Source: Nemertoderma westbladi
Lineage: Eukaryota > Animalia > Xenacoelomorpha
Reading direction: 5' to 3'
Assembly (NCBI GenBank): GCA_032718475.1
Contig: JAUCBJ010006774.1
Span: 62,001-126,000, forward strand
Length of the DNA: 64,000 bases
Position numbers and translations under genes: made by a program
Shown: in pieces, positions 60,866 through 64,000 of the stretch
How positions within the stretch are numbered: the first letter of the stretch is position 1
Layout: each line of letters starts with the position of its first letter
The notes under the pieces: model-generated
The model's database searches: none
The model's input: the letters and a program-made list of their open reading frames with translations, nothing else
Told to the model about the DNA's origin: nothing

Positions 60866-63800
60866 GGTAATAAACAATTATTTACTTATATTTAAAAAAT
60901 AGGTAATTTGGTGAAAATATCGAGACTTGAAAAATATCGAGAGTAAAAATAACGAGTATTGAAAAATAACGCGATTTAAAAATATGGATAGTACTAGATT
61001 GTGACAACAGTCGAAAACAGGCGAAAACAGTTGGAATGTGGGGAAAACAGACGAAAACAGTTAGATCGTTTAAAAATAATCATCCATGCATCTAGGTGGG
61101 ATAAATATTTCTCCATTTGACGCAACACCGCCGCGGCCGCTATGAGGGAGGTGAATACCGCGGCCGCTCCTAAAGCCGCAGGCCATCGCTAACTATATAG
61201 GTTAACTTGGGATTCTGGGGGACTTTTCGATGAAGGAACAGACCAAATTTTTTTATTTTCTCACCAGGGGAGCGGCTCGGAATTCTAAGATATTAGCAAC
61301 TCTAACATTATTAAATCTAACCCTTCGACGGACACGGCGGACAAAAAACCGTCATTTTTTCGACAATTTTAAAAAATTTTTGAAAGGCGCTCTACAGTGG
61401 CTCGAAAAAACCCTAGGTTATTGCTTAACCGACGCCGGGATACGATAGAAGGGATTAATTAGTGAATTCGTTTTTTTTTTCAAAAAAGATTACCACGCCT
61501 TTTTTCCGAAAATGTCCGTCAAAGTTGAAAAAACGGACAAAATGACTTTGCGGGATCCGCTATAACTCGGCTAATATTAATCGTACGGGGACGAAAGTAA
61601 CGCGGTTGGAAAGGGGAAGAGTGGTACTACCTTCGTATCGAATGGGGGTAAGATATTTATTAAAATTTCGGGTGGAAAAAGGGGCTGTAAATTTATACGT
61701 TTTTGTCCGTCTTTTTTGGAAAACTTATTTCCGAAATGTTTAATTCGACAACGCGGGTAGGAATCCACTAATTCTTTTATGAAACTCGTAGAAGACCATT
61801 GGGGCTACGTTCCTATCGAATGGGGGTACAAAAAATATGTCGGCAATAGGGGCCAATAAGGGCCAGAATTTGTAAAGTAGTTTTTATCGAATAATTTTTT
61901 ATTTTTAAATTTAGTTGGTTAAGGTACATTCTATACAGTCAATATCCATACGGGGAATTCAAATATGCTATTGGTTATGCTCCAAGGATGATATTAAAAA
62001 AATGAGGGCCAAAATTATAATTTCGCGCTTCAAACTTGCTTCGCGGGAAATCGTCTAGCTCGAAAACTATTTAACTTACGGGAGATTTGTTTACACAGAC
62101 TTATAGTGCGTTAAATTATCTATCTAACAGCGTTAATCACAGCGCCGGAGGTATTATAAAACTGGAGCGGCAGGCGATCGTGTGAAATATAATATTTATA
62201 AAAAGGGACGAAAATTTTTTTTTTTTAACAAATCGCTATTCCATTATAATTTAGCGTATTGCGCCAAAAGTACCTGTAAAAAGTATCAAATTAACTCCGC
62301 TATCTTTTATCTTAACATATATAATTAAAATTACGAATTTTAATGGTCGAAAAATATCGCGTTATTTTGGCCCTTTTTTTAAATTTTTTTGGGGCCAAAA
62401 ATAACCCCTTCTCAAAAGATTAAGAAAAAAATTACGGCAAAGAATATACCAATTTTATTGAATTTGGACCACCAGAACCGAAGTTAGAGCGATTTTAGTG
62501 AAAAAATAAAAATAATTTTTTTTGCAAAAAAATTAAGAATGGTCAGGTCAATATTGAATTTCGAACCCGCGAACTTAGGTTTCATTAACGTGATTGATAA
62601 TCACTAGACTATGTGACCAAGTGAATTTGAAATTTTCGAGTGACTATTTTTAAACATAAATAACTTCGGTTCTACTGGGCCGTTTGATCTGAAACTTTTT
62701 TCATTGGATAGAGGATAGATTGTAGTGTGTGAAATAGGATAAAACTTGGGAAAAGACTTATGTGCACTTAGTGCAAAATGCACTTAAATAGTGAACATTT
62801 TTTCGATATTTCAAACACTATTATTTCCAGTTCTATTCATCGTAGAATGTTATTTTTTGTATTAAAATGTAGTTTGGAATGATTTCTAACTATAATCGAA
62901 ACATTTGTTTAACTTTTTATGTCTATGAAGTGACTTAAAATGTCCATGAATATGGTCCAAAATCGCAAATCCAGATTTATTCAATTGGATTTTTGACACT
63001 TTTAGCGACTGACACTTGATCATACACCATCGTAGATCGGTAGAGGATAAACATAAGTTTGTTAAATAAGAGCCACCATTACGATCTGCTAAAGTGCATT
63101 TGTACAAATAAGTGTGCAAATAAAAGTCATGAAAATAAAAGTGCAAATTTTTTAATAAGGTCAAATTATATAGTATTGGGTTATTTTCTTTGCAGATACT
63201 TTATTTTCATATTAATATGTTGTTTGAACCTTACTGAGCGCATTAGGGGATATGCGTACAAATAACCGGCCCTTATGAGGCTTCGATTGGGTAAATTAAT
63301 AAAACATAAGGTTGTATAGTATAATATTCTAAAAACCAGTGTGATATTAAATGCACTTTAAATAATAAATAGAAATCAAATAACAATTGGACCACACAAT
63401 TAAAAACTCGCACAATTTTGTACTTATTATATCGCTTCAAATTAATTCAACAGTGGATATTTGGGGGAAGGGGGAAGTTACAGTGTGCATTCGGGGGAAG
63501 TTTGGTGAACTGCATTTATGCAGTGAATCCAAACTTCCCCCTTTGATATATCATATACTTAAGACATGCTAGGGTGACGGGGAAATATTTGTTACTGTCA
63601 CACTTTGCTTCCATTTATCCTATCCTTTATTATTACCCCAGTCAGATAAGAGATAATAAATCAGTAAAAACTAAACTAAACTGTCTTTCATGCAAACAAA
63701 TTTCTAACTAAAGACGGGTGAATGACCATGACCATGGAAATAATTTTAAATATAATTGTATATCAACTATTTGGGGAGGCTTCCAAGTTAAACCCGAAAA

Positions 63801-64000
63801 CAATTATTTTGTTACATAGTAAATTAACGTTGTATGTTCTTCTTCCTTTCATAATAACATATAAATGAAATATCTCAGATCGCTATGCCCTGTAACATTT
63901 CACAACCAAAATATTTAAATGTGAAAAGTGTAGGCCTACCACACTCCGCCCAAACAACCGCAAACGCATAGCCAACAAATTTAACAAAAGGTTACATACA

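Noticed and set aside
60900-63000. Probable non-autonomous DNA transposon sequence (repeated TATCGAATGGGGGTA, A/T tracts)
   Set aside because: No termini, TSD or coding remnant could be defined by eye.

Overview
AT-rich eukaryotic DNA, probably from an invertebrate animal, dominated by mobile elements and about 25 kb of tandem repeats. Host genes: an intronless ZIP7/Catsup zinc transporter (14798-16393); a 1043-aa C2H2-type/low-complexity ORF with an EHSY motif (23912-27043); and a two-exon secreted Ly6/three-finger-like gene missed by the ORF track (55234-55350 + 59655-59816), with a LINE filling its intron. The standout is an apparently intact APE-type non-LTR retrotransposon (minus strand, ~4453 to ~12800). 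Its 1303-aa ORF1 combines a SAP domain, a catalytically complete Ulp1/SENP (C48) protease and an RRM-like domain. Its APE-RT ORF2 has no AUG ahead of the endonuclease and overlaps ORF1 in the +1 frame at a TTT-TAG 'shifty stop'. The element is nested inside TA-flanked Tc1/mariner-like TIRs. The two giant arrays appear to have arisen in place from coding sequence: an 8.7-kb 42-bp array from the RT 'QGG' motif of a LINE relic, and an 11.4-kb 36-bp array from a putative terminal exon. All assignments are by-eye motif reading; no searches were run.
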